DNA from: Basidiobolus meristosporus CBS 931.73
Lineage: Eukaryota; Fungi; Basidiobolomycota
Direction of reading: 5' to 3'
NCBI GenBank assembly: GCA_002104905.1
Contig: MCFE01000645.1
Span: 1 to 50,107 of the forward strand
DNA: 50,107 nt
A model generated the notes under the pieces. It ran no database searches and was not told the DNA's origin. It worked only from the letters and a program-made list of their open reading frames with translations. Made by a program: the position numbers and the translations under genes. Each line of letters begins with the position of its first letter. Position 1 is the stretch's first letter. Positions 11,214 to 22,443 of the stretch are shown piece after piece.

Positions 11214-14200
11214 TGTTGTGATATACTGCTTATATGCTTAAGTTAAATCAGTTTTAGTCAAAACAACTAATTTATGCTCAGCCTATTAATATATCAGTGC
11301 TTTCTGTCAGATCAGTAGCATTAGTCAGCAGATGAATCAGTAGATCCCTATCAGACAGAAACAGTTACATCTAGTAGAATCAAATTGTGAAATGATAATG
11401 AAGTTAAATGAGCCATCAGCCCCTCCTTACCTTAGCAAATACAATAGGTCATCAATTGATCTGGCAATTGGTATTTAAGGAGCTGCTAGAATCTCTATAA
11501 AAATCAGCTCAAATTTTGGTGAATACAACACTGGCCAAAGTCCCTATTCCTCCACAACTGTTTTATTAAGAATTATAACATAGTCCATTGGCATTGAAAG
11601 AGATGATGAGACAAAGAGATCAATTATTGGAGTAAGGATATATCAGACCCGGTCAGTCTCCTTAGGGAGAACCAGTACTTTTTATGTCAAAGAAGTATGG
11701 AATGCTTAGGATGTGCATTGGCTTTTGAGCCCTCAACTATGTTACCATAAAGAATAAGTTCCCCACACCTTGAATTGATGAGCTTTTGGACTAACTCAAT
11801 GGAGCCACCATATTAAGCAAGATTGACATCATGTCAGGAAACTACCAGATTAGAGTGAAATCAGAAGACTTCCCTAAGACTTCATTCAGAACCAAATATG
11901 AACATTACAAGCACTTAGTTATGAGTATTGGCCTCACCAATGCCCCTGCAACACTCATGATCTTGATGCAAACAGTCTTTCAGGAGTACTTTGACAGGTT
12001 TGCAGTAATATAGCTAGATAACAAACTAATATAAAGTAAGACAAAAGAGGAACACTTGGTGCCCATTGAAAAGATCCTGAAGAAGCTAAGAGAGAACAAG
12101 ATGCATGGCAAGCTAGTAAAGTGTGAATTCTTGAAGGAACATGATGAATACCTGGGACATATAGTGACCAGCACAGAAGTGCCTTTAGACCCCAAGTAGG
12201 TCAAAGTCATCAAAAATCTGAAGTAGCCCCATAGCATATCAGAACCCAGATTGTTCCTTGGAATTGTTTCCAATTAATGGAGACTTGTCAAGTACTTGGC
12301 AAGTATTGCAGCCCCTTTGACTGATAATTTTAAGAAAGACAACACCTTAAAGTTGGTTATAGCCTGTGATACTACATTTCAGACGCTCAAGAATGAACTT
12401 GCTAAGTTGCCAAGCTTAAGAATTCCAGACTTAAGAAAAGAGCTTACTCTGTGTGTAGATGCTCCAGGTTACTCAATTGCTGGAGTACTGAGCTAAGCAC
12501 AAGATGAAAAGGATACCCAGTCACTTTTGAGGCAAAGAAACTGAATTCAGCAGAACAATACTATCCAGCACATGAGAAGGAGATACTGCCATAATACAAT
12601 GCTTGAGGTCCTAGAGAAGCTAAATTGATGGAGTAAAGAGCACTGTGAAGACATATCATTCCTCACTCAAGTATATATTTATTCAGGAGGGACTGTCCAG
12701 ATGAGTGGCCAGCTGGAGTGAATACACACAGCAATTTGACATGGAGATTGTTTACTGCATTGGGAAAACCACATGGTTGCTGATGCCTTATCAAGACTAG
12801 AACAAGTTGCACAACTCAACTTAGTGCATGAATCAGATTGGCCTAGCTTATTACCAAGGTACTTGAGCAACCAAGCCATTCCTAATGAGGTGAAATAAAA
12901 GATCAGGAAGATAATCTTGGACATAGCCAGCAAGTTTGTAGTAAATGATGAGCCACATCACCAAGTTTTTGATGGAAGCCCTGTTGCCTATTATCCTTAT
13001 GTTGCACTACTGGATTTATCATAGAAGCTACACAATGGATATGGACTTCTTGGGATTGAAGAAGCCTGCAGCCTTGTGAAAGCTAGAGCATGGTAGCTCA
13101 GAATGAACCAGGATATTGAGAAGCTAGTAAAATTCTGCCCAAGTTACCAAGTCAACCAAGGCCAATCCCAGAGAATTGCTTTACTCTTTCCCCTGGAATC
13201 TGCACAACAACCTCAGAGATGGGGAATTGACTTTATTGAACAACTGCCAAACACCAGAAAATGCAATGGTTGCCTCCTGGTAGAGATTAACCATACCATT
13301 AAATGGCCAGTGGCCAAAGCTGTACCTGTAGCAAGTGAACAAAAAGTTGCAGGTTTCACTTACCTAGGTATCCTTATGAAGGTTGGATACCTGGTAAAGA
13401 TTCTATCCTATAGCGCAGCAAACCTTATAATAAAGACATTGGAAGCTTACCAGGCATTGCTGCAGGTCAAACACTTGAGAACCTTTGGTTATCACCATAG
13501 AAATGATGGGCTCATTGAGCAGTTTAATGATTTATTGGGAAAAATTATGTCAAAGTATGCAAACAGAGCTGTCAGTAGATGGGATGAGTATATAGAGCAA
13601 TCACCTTTTGCCTGAAGAGTTACAATGCAAAGCACCTCTCAACAATTGCCATTTTACTCAATATATGGATGCGTAACAAGGATTTGGGGAGATCTTACAC
13701 AACCTAAGCTACAGGTGTCTTTGAATATGAACTCAGTCAGCCTAGCAGACACCAGCCACGGGAGCAAAGATCTTAAGATGCCCAGGCCAAAGCTTCTCAT
13801 AGTGCAGGACAGATGAAGCAGTGATCTGATAAGACTATATCACCAGAAGCATTGAGAGTTGGGAACCTAGTATTGTTGAGACACAGTACATGGTATAAAT
13901 CTGAGCCACAAAGGACAGCACCATTGAAGATCATCAGAAAATGTCCATTTGCAGCTAATAGCTGAAATATTTGAGAAATATATTGAAAGAGAAATGTAGT
14001 ATTAGAAAATTTAAGTGTTATTCACTGGATGACCTATTGAGGTGCAGCACAGTATTAACACTTATTGCAGAGCTACATACATGTAACTATATTTTCATTG
14101 TTAGGACATTCTCAGGAGTATATCTACCAAGTTTCAGCTCATTTGGACAAGTTTCAAATTTTCCTAAAATTCTGTACTTCACAAAAGTCCTAATAATTTG

Positions 14201-14660
14201 CAAATAACTTTCACACCAATTTCTAAGTCAATATTGAGATATATTTCATTAAGTTAGTGCTAGCTCATAATATATCAATAATTAGGCAGGCTCCTAATTA
14301 TTTCAGCACTTACCAACTAGTAGAGAAATGACTGACTATATGGGAATATATAGTTTGTAAAGACAACCTCAAGCTTGCAAGACTTGCTGACAATAGAGAA
14401 CCATCAAGATAGTAGTATCACAAGAGAATAGACTCAAGAGAACTCTCTTAGCCTTAGTAGGAAAGAATGTAACTATCTACCACAAGAATGTTTAAGTTAG
14501 GTAAGTTTCTAATGGAGTCAATAAGTTTTATTTTGAGCCTATCAATTTATCATTATTTTCTATCAAATTAATAGTATTAGTCTGCAGATGAATCAGCAGA
14601 TCCTTATCAGACAGAAATAGATATATTAAGTAGGATCTAACTGTGTGATGATGATGTATT
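11214..14660 (+). mobile_element. Family B element B2: 5' LTR 11214-11580 joined directly to RT (gag-PR deleted), then RH, IN, PPT and truncated 3' LTR from 14468; nested in a copia
   Basis: SGNYQIRVKSEDFPKTSFRT...GLTNAPAT (RT); RWGIDFIEQLP (IN); PPT TAGTAGGAAAGAA; copia sequence lies on both sides. Confidence 0.85.
13959..14309. mobile_element. ~350-bp insertion with short TIRs in the B2 integrase tail (Tourist/PIF-like MITE candidate)
   Basis: Interrupts GCA(A/G)C-TTA-CCAAC. Ends are TAGCTGAAATA and TATTTCAGCAC. Flanks are TAA (13956-58) and TTA (14310-12). Confidence 0.55.
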
Positions 14661-14679
14661 ATTAGGCTGCTAGCCAATG

Positions 14680-15060
14680 ATTTGTGATCCTTAATGATAT
14701 TAATTCTCTACAAATGCAACATCCTTACTCTTAATGAGCATTTCAATTTTGCCATTATGCACTCTGTGCCATTCTGTATATTAATAATAGCTAAGAGGGT
14801 TTTCATTTCTATACCTTGGCTCCAACCATAAGTGTATTCTGTCAGAGACATGACAGGGACATTAGTGCCAAAGATCCCAAGGTGCTAGTTGTCTGGTGTT
14901 TTAGCTGCATAAGCTTCAAAGGGCATAGTATTGTGCAGTGTAATTATTGGACATCTATGATTGATGTATTCTTCAGTAGTAGTGATATCAGCTCAAGATT
15001 TGCCATCCAATCCTTTATCATGTAGCATACACCTTTGAACTACTGCTTAATCACTTTAGT
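14680..15060 (-). pseudogene. pol: Ty1/copia integrase C-terminal fragment
   Basis: Reverse strand gives MLHDKGL...LHNTMPFEAYAAKTPD..HLGIFG and KDVAFVE (copia TPFEAW.GKKP.L.HLRIFG and RDVxFxE). Confidence 0.7.
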
Positions 15061-15119
15061 TAGATGAGTTTTGAGTCAATTCAATTAGTTGTATTTGGGC
15101 TAGGCACTAAATCACTGTT

Positions 15120-15643
15120 ATCTATTAAATCAGTAATAATAGTCAGCAGATGAATCAGCAGATCCTTATCATACAGAAATAGATATATTGCGTAGGTTTT
15201 AATTGGATGATGATGCAATCAAATGTGTCAGTGGCCACACCTACATTAGACAATTTAATTAGTCAATATTTGAGCTTGTGTTATGGTCTGATGCTTGAAT
15301 GTATATGTTAGATATACATTTAGTCAAATCAATTAGTTCTATGTCAAGCCTGTCAGAGTATCAGCACCAACTACAAGATCAATAATATTGGTCAGCAATT
15401 GAATCAGCAGATATTTATCAGAAAGAAATAGTCATATTAGGTAAGATCCATTTGGGTAACAATAAAATTAATTGAGTCATAAGCTATAACCTACACTAGG
15501 GAATGCAATTAGTCAGCAATTGATCTAGCTAAATATATATAAGGAGCTGCTAGAACATGAATATAAACCAGTTTGGGTTTTGTAAATGCAATACTAGCTA
15601 AACTCCCTATTGCTTCACAACTATTATATCAAGATTGGTAACA
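15120..15643 (+). mobile_element. Family B LTR fragment (~15120-15270) plus complete LTR 15279-15643
   Basis: Both contain AGTCAGCA.ATGAATCAGCAGAT. The second runs TGTTATGG...GGTAACA. Confidence 0.75.
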
Positions 15644-15830
15644 CTATTGCTTTTATGTCCTGTTTGCTGAACTGGCTACTCCTTTTGCTATGGAGTATGT
15701 GGGCCAGTGGCCTGTTAATGAATACCAGTGGCTGAGCAATCTGTGAAAACTCCTTGAAAAAGTATTCTCCTATACTGTCACATCTGGTTGCCCACAATAT
15801 ACACCAAGCTAATGATTTTGTCAGTTGCAC
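15644..15830 (-). pseudogene. pol: Ty1/copia integrase catalytic core fragment
   Basis: With frameshifts: RCDSIGEYFFKEF / CSATGIH.QATGPHTP.Q.GVA..ANRT (copia RTDNGGEY...TAP.TPQQNGVAER.NRT). Confidence 0.65.
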
Positions 15831-15839
15831 AGCAAACTC

Positions 15840-16085
15840 ACTCTACTGAGTTAATTTCTACAGCTTACCACACACAGTGGTGTTGTATATCTATATGCTT
15901 AGTTCTAGGATGAATAGTAGGATTTCTAGCTACTGAAATATAGCTTTCAATATCCTTGTAAAAACCTGTTGGTTAATCTGAGTTGAAACTGAAGTCAGTG
16001 AATAAATCTTGTAGCTTTATAGCCTCCTTAGTTACTTGAGGAGCAGCCATGTATTTAGCTCAGTTATAGCTATGGCCACAGTTAG
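15840..16085 (-). pseudogene. pol: Ty1/copia RNaseH fragment from a second copy
   Basis: YMAAPQVTKEAI...ISVARNPTIHPRTKHIDIQHH. Confidence 0.8.
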
Positions 16086-16099
16086 TTGTTTCTGTTTCA

Positions 16100-16447
16100 G
16101 TTGATTGATGGATTACAATAAAATAGCCAGGCTTTTCCAAGTACAAGGTGAAACTTGCAGTTCCCAACTATATTGGCATAATGGTCTACTTCATGGTCAT
16201 TAAGTTTCATCCTTACTGGCTGAGTAATACAGTTAAACCTTCACACTAAAGTTGCTCTTGACAGAATTTTGCTGGCTCTGGGCCATGGTAGTCATTCCTT
16301 GTTGCTGCTGGCTAAAGATCTGGAGTAACTGTTGCTGTTGGGCTTGAGCTTACTGCATGCCATTTGTTCATTCTGGATTTCCTGCATCTTGAGGGCAGCT
16401 TCTTCTTTATTCAGGGGGGGGAAGTTTCTAGGTATTGCTGCTACCAA
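16100..16447 (-). mobile_element. Family B PBS, leader and gag start joined to a protease fragment, directly downstream of the B3 3' LTR (tandem copy remnant)
   Basis: PBS TGGTAGCAGC at 16437-16446; 16105-16235 aligns with 19780-19920. Confidence 0.7.
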
Positions 16448-18387
16448 TCATACATGTCTTGATATAAGAGGTGTAGAGGAATAGGGAGTTTAGCTACTAT
16501 TGCATTCACTAATACTTGGACTGCTTTGTATTGAGGTTCCAGCAGAATCTTGGATACCTTTTGCCACATGGATTGCTAACTAATTGTATTTCCTAATGTA
16601 GGTTGTGGCTGATGACTCATTTGATTGCATCATCATCACCCAATAAGATCCTACTTAATATATCTATTCCTGTCTGATAAGGATCTGATGATTCATCCGC
16701 TGACTAATGCTACTAATTTGATAGAAAACACTGAAATACTCATAGGCTAAACATATGACTGATAGATTTGACTAAAACTGGCCTAACTGAAATACTCAAG
16801 CAGTAGATTATATGAATCTCCCCTGCCAAAGCTGAGAGGGTTCTCCTGAGTATTGTTTCTTATGATACCAATATCTTGATGGTTCAGTATTGTTGGCAAG
16901 TCTTGCAAGTATGAGTATGCCTCTATGAACCAATTCTTCCCCAATATTCCCTTTTTTGTCCACTACTTGGTAAGTTGCTAATGGACATTTTCAGATGATT
17001 TTAATTGGTCCCATTTATTGTGGCTCAAACTTCTTCTGAGTACTGTTTCTCAGTGATATAAAGTTCCCAACTGCCAATGATTCTGGTAATATAGTCTTAT
17101 CAAATCTCTGCTTCAGCTTTTCTGCACTTTGAGATACTTTGGCCTGTGCCTCTTGATGCCTTTGTTCCAGCTGCTGGTGTCTACTTGGCTGACTAAGTTC
17201 ATCTTCCAAGGCATCTGTAAGCATTGGTAGTGTGAGATCTCCTGGAATCCTGGGCTCACATCCATACACTAAGTAAAATGGCAATTGTTGGGTGGTGTTG
17301 TGTACTCTAACTCTGCATGCAAAGAATACTTGGTCTGTATGCTCATCCCATCTAACAACAGTTCAATTTGCATACTTGGTCAGCATATTTCCAAATAATC
17401 CATTGAGCTGCTCAGTAACTACGTTTGTTCTAGGGTGATATGTCAAGGTTTTCAAGTGTCTGATCTGCGGCATTTCCAGGTAAGCTTCCAATGTCTTTGC
17501 CATAATGTTTGCTCCTCTATTGAATAGAATCTCTACAGGGCATTCAAACTGCAAAAGGATCTTATGATAGATAAACTTGCAGCTTCTTGTTCACTGGCAA
17601 TGTGTACTGCTTTAGCCACTGGCCATTAAATGGTATGGTCAATTGCTACTAGGATCCAACGGTTGCATTACCTGGTAGTTGGCAGTCTCTCAATAAAGTC
17701 AATTCCCCATCTTTTGAATGGTCTTACAGGCTCCAAGGGAAAGATGGTCTTACTGGCTCCAAGGGAAAGAGTTTGGCAATTTCTGTGGTTGGCCTTGGTT
17801 GATTTGGCACCACCATGCTCTGGCTTTCACAAGGCTATAGGTTCCTTCAATTCCATGATGACCATATCCATTGTGTTGCTTATGTATTAAGTCCAGGCAA
17901 GCAACATAAGGGCAATAGGCAATAGGGCTCCCATCCACAATTTGATGGAGTGTTTCATCCTGTACCACAAATTTGCTGGCTTCATCCCGGATAATTTTGA
18001 TCTTTTCATTCATCTCATCAGGAATGGCTTGGTCCTCCAGGTACTTTGGCAATAGGCTAGGCCAGTCCAATATATGCAACAAGTTGAGTTGTGCAGCTTG
18101 TTCTAATCTTGATAAGGCATCAGCAACTGTGTTGTTTTTCCTAATGCAGTAGATAATCTCCAATTCAAATTGCTGAATGTATTCACTCCATCTTGTCATT
18201 CTTCTAGAGAGTACCTTCCAAGTAAATATATACTTGAGGGATGCATAATGAGTCTTTACAGTGCATTAGACTCCTTCAATATAGCACCTGCATGTCTTCA
18301 GACAGTGTATTATAGCAATCATCTCCTTCTCATGCACTGGATAGTTTTGTTCTGCTGAGTTCAGTTTCTTGGATACAAAGGCAACGG

Positions 18388-18610
18388 TGTAGTGGGGTAA
18401 CAGTGACACCCACTGACAGATGTGCTCATTCCCATATTTGCTACTTCCCTATATCTCTACTACACTTATTTTAGTTTTATAACATTTGTCTTACCTGATC
18501 AGTACTATCCCATAAGCCAGTTGACTATCACACCTGCTTACCTTAATGCATAAGTTGTCTCTCACTTTATGTAAGATTACTAGCTGTGAGTACTTCTATA
18601 TTTGGTAAGT
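18388..18610 (+). mobile_element. Family A 5' fragment A3 in B3 RNaseH
   Basis: TGTAGTGGGGTAACAG after flank ACGG; same junction as at 6230. Confidence 0.85.
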
Positions 18611-19113
18611 CTTCGATTCAAAGATGACTGGGCAGCTCTTGACCTTGTGTTCTTGGCCCAACACTCCACTAATTGCAAGATCTGAGGCATCTGTGCACAG
18701 AGTAAACTCTTTTCTGAAGTCAGGTATTCTTAAGCTTGGCAGCTTAGCAAGTTCATTCTTTAGCATCTGAAAGGCAGTATCACAGGCTATGTCCCACTTG
18801 TAGGTATTGTCTTTCTTGAGAATATCAGTCAAAAGGGCTGCAATACTTGCAAAGGACTTGACAAATCTCCAATAATCCAAGGTATGGGGTACTTATTCTT
18901 CACAGTAACTGAGTTGAGGGCTCTATAGTCAATGCACATCTTAAGTGTTCCATCCTTCTACTTCACAAAAAGTACTGGTGCTTCTCAAGGTGACTTGCTG
19001 GGCCTGATATATCCTTGCTCCAATAGTTGATGTATTTGTTGCATGATATCTTCCAATTCCAGTGGACTAATTATGTAGGGTGTCATACTCATTGGAGGGC
19101 TATCTCCTGGGTC

Positions 19114-19481
19114 TGTTACAAGTCTTTGTATAAGAGTTGTAGAGGAATAGGGAGTTTAGCTAGTATTGTATTCACTAAAACTTGAACTGATTTTTATTGA
19201 GGTTCCAGCAGCCCCCTTATATACATTTTGCCAGATCAATTGCTGACTAATTTTATTTCCTAATGTAGGTTGTTGCTGATGACTCATTTGATTGCATCAT
19301 CATCACCCAATAAGATCCTACTTATATATCTATTTCTGTCTGATAAGGATCTACTGATTCATTTGCTGACTAATGCTACTGATTTCATAGATAATACTGA
19401 TATGCTGATAACCTAAACATAAACAAATTGATTTGACTAAAAACTGATCAAACTTAAACATTCAAGTGGCAGATCATAACA
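19114..19481 (-). mobile_element. Complete family B LTR nested in B3 between protease and RT
   Basis: TGTTATGATC...TGTAACA; flanks rejoin as HAIE-DPGDSPP; no target duplication visible. Confidence 0.8.
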
Positions 19482-20595
19482 TTTCAATGGCGTGATCCAC
19501 ATCTATTACTGATGGACTGCTTACAAGTTCATCTGGGAAAACATCTGAATACTCCTTCAAAGGAGTCTGGACCTTCTGGGGTACTGAAGTCAAGGAATTT
19601 CCTGTAATTCTACCATGAGGAACACCTGGGTGTCTATTCTAAGTGCTCACAGAACTGTGTCTTGCTAAGTTCACTTGTTTCACACACACTGTGATTTACC
19701 ACGTTGAAATCCAGTCTAGCAGGTAATAGCTCATTGGTCTTGTTATCCTCTGGGACCTGAGTAGCATGGGTTCTCCAGTTGATAAATAGATTACAATAAA
19801 ATGCCAAGTTTTTACAAGTACAAGATCAAACTTATAGGTCCCAAATATTTAGGCCAGTAGGTTGTCTTCATTGTCAGTGATCTTCATTGTTACTGGCTGA
19901 GTAATACGGTTTATTATATGAGAGTACCCATCAGCTGTTGAGACTGAAGTTGATTTGGTGGGTTCCAAGCTGATTCCTGCTTTCAAAGCAAATTGCTCTG
20001 ACATGTACTCATGCAATGCTCCTGAGTTGATCATGATCTTGGCAGGTACTGCATCAATTACTCCATTCAAGTATAATAACTTTCCTGAGTTTGAGGTCAT
20101 CCGGGATAGGTATTCTTCTGTCATTTTGAAGGTGAGTATGAAGTCTTCTTCAAGCTCATCCTCCATGTTACTATGCTCAGGGCTTCAGTATGGTTGAAGG
20201 GTCTTGATGGCTGGTGTCCATTTCTTCTCTGAGGGCAGTATTTTTCAATATGTCCCTGGTGGAGGCAAAGTTGTTTCTTCTGACATTCTACTAAGTAGTC
20301 TTGATGGCTTCCTCAATAGTCTGGGTCAAAATAATTCACTTTCTTGCAAGTTCTTTCTTTCAACCCATCAATAAAGTATTCCACTTGGTCCTGTTGGCCT
20401 TGACACTAAAGTTGCTCTTGATAGGGCTTTGCTGGCTTTAAGCCATGGTAGTCATTCCTTGTTAGCACTGGCTAAGGATCTGGAGTAACTGTTGCTGTTG
20501 GGCCAGGATCTGCTCTATAACATTCTTCCATTCTTGATTTTTGGACATCTTGAGGGAGGCTTCTTCTTTCTTTTGGAGGGAGGTTTCTGGTTATT

Positions 20596-20605
20596 GCTGC
20601 TACCA
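20596..20605 (-). promoter_or_regulatory. Primer-binding site TGGTAGCAGC, compatible with initiator tRNA-Met
   Basis: Lies 1 nt after the LTR end ...TGTAACA. TGGTAGC is complementary to the GCU-A-CCA 3' end of eukaryotic initiator tRNAs (A1:U72). Repeated at 16437-16446. Confidence 0.65.
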
Positions 20606-20976
20606 ATGTTACAAGTCTTGATATAAGAGTTGTAGAGCAATAGGGAATTTAGCTAGTATTGTATTCACTAAAACTTGAACTGATTTTAGATTGAAGTTCC
20701 AGCAGCTCTTTATATACATTTTTGCCAGATCAATTGCTGACTAATTATATTTCCTAATGTAGGTTGTGGCTGATGACTCATTGATTGCATCATCATTACC
20801 CAATAAATTCCTACTTCATATATCTACGCTTGTCTGATAAGGATCTGCTAACTCATATGCTGACTAATGCTATTGATTTGATAGATAACACTGATATACT
20901 GATAGGCTAAACAATTAACTAATTGATTTGACCAAGAACTGATCTAACTTAAACATTCAAGCAGTAGATCATAACA

Positions 20977-22443
20977 AATACATTCTGCAATTTGACTTGC
21001 AGTTTGTTTATTACCCTTGCATGAATAGCGTGGCTCTGATGCCTTATCAAAACTTGAAAAAGCTGAACAACTCAACCCAGTATATGAGTCAGATTGGCCT
21101 GGCTTTTTACCACAGTAATAGCAAGAAATTGCTACTCCTAATTAGGTGGATGAGGATATCAGGGATGGAGCAAGCTCATTTGTGGTACAGGATGAAACAC
21201 TCTATCAAATTGTTGATGGAAGCCCTTTTACCTATTGCCAATATGTTGTTTGCCTGGATTTAATACCCAAGTTACACCATTGAAATGGTGAGCTTGGTAT
21301 TGAAGGAACCCATAGCCTTGTGAAAGCTAGAGCATGGTGGCCCAGAATGTAATCAGATGCTGAGAAGCTAGTGAAACAAGCCCTGTTTGCCAAATCAACC
21401 TAGGTTAACCATAGAGAAATGCTAAGCTTGCTTTCTTGGAGCCTGAACACCATTTGAAAAATGGGGAATTGACTATTTTAGAAGACTACCCATTATTAAA
21501 AATTGCAATTCATAGGTTCTAATAGCAGTCTTACTATGCTGCCAAATGGCCAGTGGCTAGAATTGTACCCAAAGCCAATGAACAAGAAGTTGCAAGGCTC
21601 ATCTACAATGAGATCCTGATGAAATCTGGATGCCTGGAGAAAATCTTATTTAGTAGAGGAGAAAACCATATTGCCAAAAACATTCAAAGCCTGCCTGGAA
21701 ATACTGTAGATGAAACATTTGAAGACCATGCTATATACCCTAGAGCTGACACAGCCAGTGATGTTTCAATGAGCTATTTGGCAAAGTGCTTACCAAATAT
21801 ACAAGTTTAACTATACAAAGACGGGACAAATATTTCAACTAAGCACTGTTTGCCTGCAGGGTTAGGGTGTACAATAATGCACAGCATTTGCCATTTTACT
21901 AGTATATGGATGTCAACCAAGGATTTCAGGAGATCTTACTAAGCCAAGACTTTCTGCCAGCTTGGAGGATGACCTTGGTCAGCCTAGTAGACACCAACAA
22001 CTTGAACAAAATGTCAAGGGGAACAGGCTAGTGCTGCTAAATGTGCAGCAACAATGAAGCAGAGCTTTTATATAACTATGTCACCAGGGGCTTTGACAGT
22101 TAGGGACTTTGTATTGCTAAGAACCTACACTTAGAAGAAGTTTGAGCCATAACAAACAGGACCATTCAAGATCATCAAAAAATGCCTATTTGCAACTTAC
22201 AGACCAGTAGATTAACAAGAAAATACTCAAAATGATTGGGGTCATAGTGACAGACTCAATCTTGCAAGACTTACCACAATGCCAAACCATTAAAATAACC
22301 ATACCGCAAAAAAAGAGATTCAAAAGAATCCTTTCAGCTTTAGTAGGTCAGAATGTTATGTTTTGCTTCTTGAGTGTTTAAATTAGATCAGTTTTTAGAA
22401 AAATCAATTAATTTGGTGTTTAGCTTATCAGTATGACAGTATT
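20977..22443 (+). mobile_element. Family B remnant B4: RH end, IN, PPT and first 90 bp of 3' LTR (from 22354), cut by C1
   Basis: DALSKLEKAEQLN; GPFKIIKK; TTTAGTAGGTCAGAA followed by TGTTATG. Confidence 0.75.

Larger units (their letters stand above)
16448..20976 (-). mobile_element. Family B element B3 with both LTRs (20607-20976, 16448-~16814); most of RT and gag deleted; nested A3 and a nested B LTR
   Basis: PBS TGGTAGCAGC at 20596-20605; protease KIMINSGAL; RT start IDYRALN; [12 protein letters not shown]; IN; PPT GGCAGGGGAGA. Confidence 0.85.

Noticed and set aside
17721-17772. ~26-bp tandem duplication in B3 integrase (GGTCTTAC.GGCTCCAAGGGAAAGA x2)
   Set aside because: Copy-specific slippage in a dead element; absent from other B copies.
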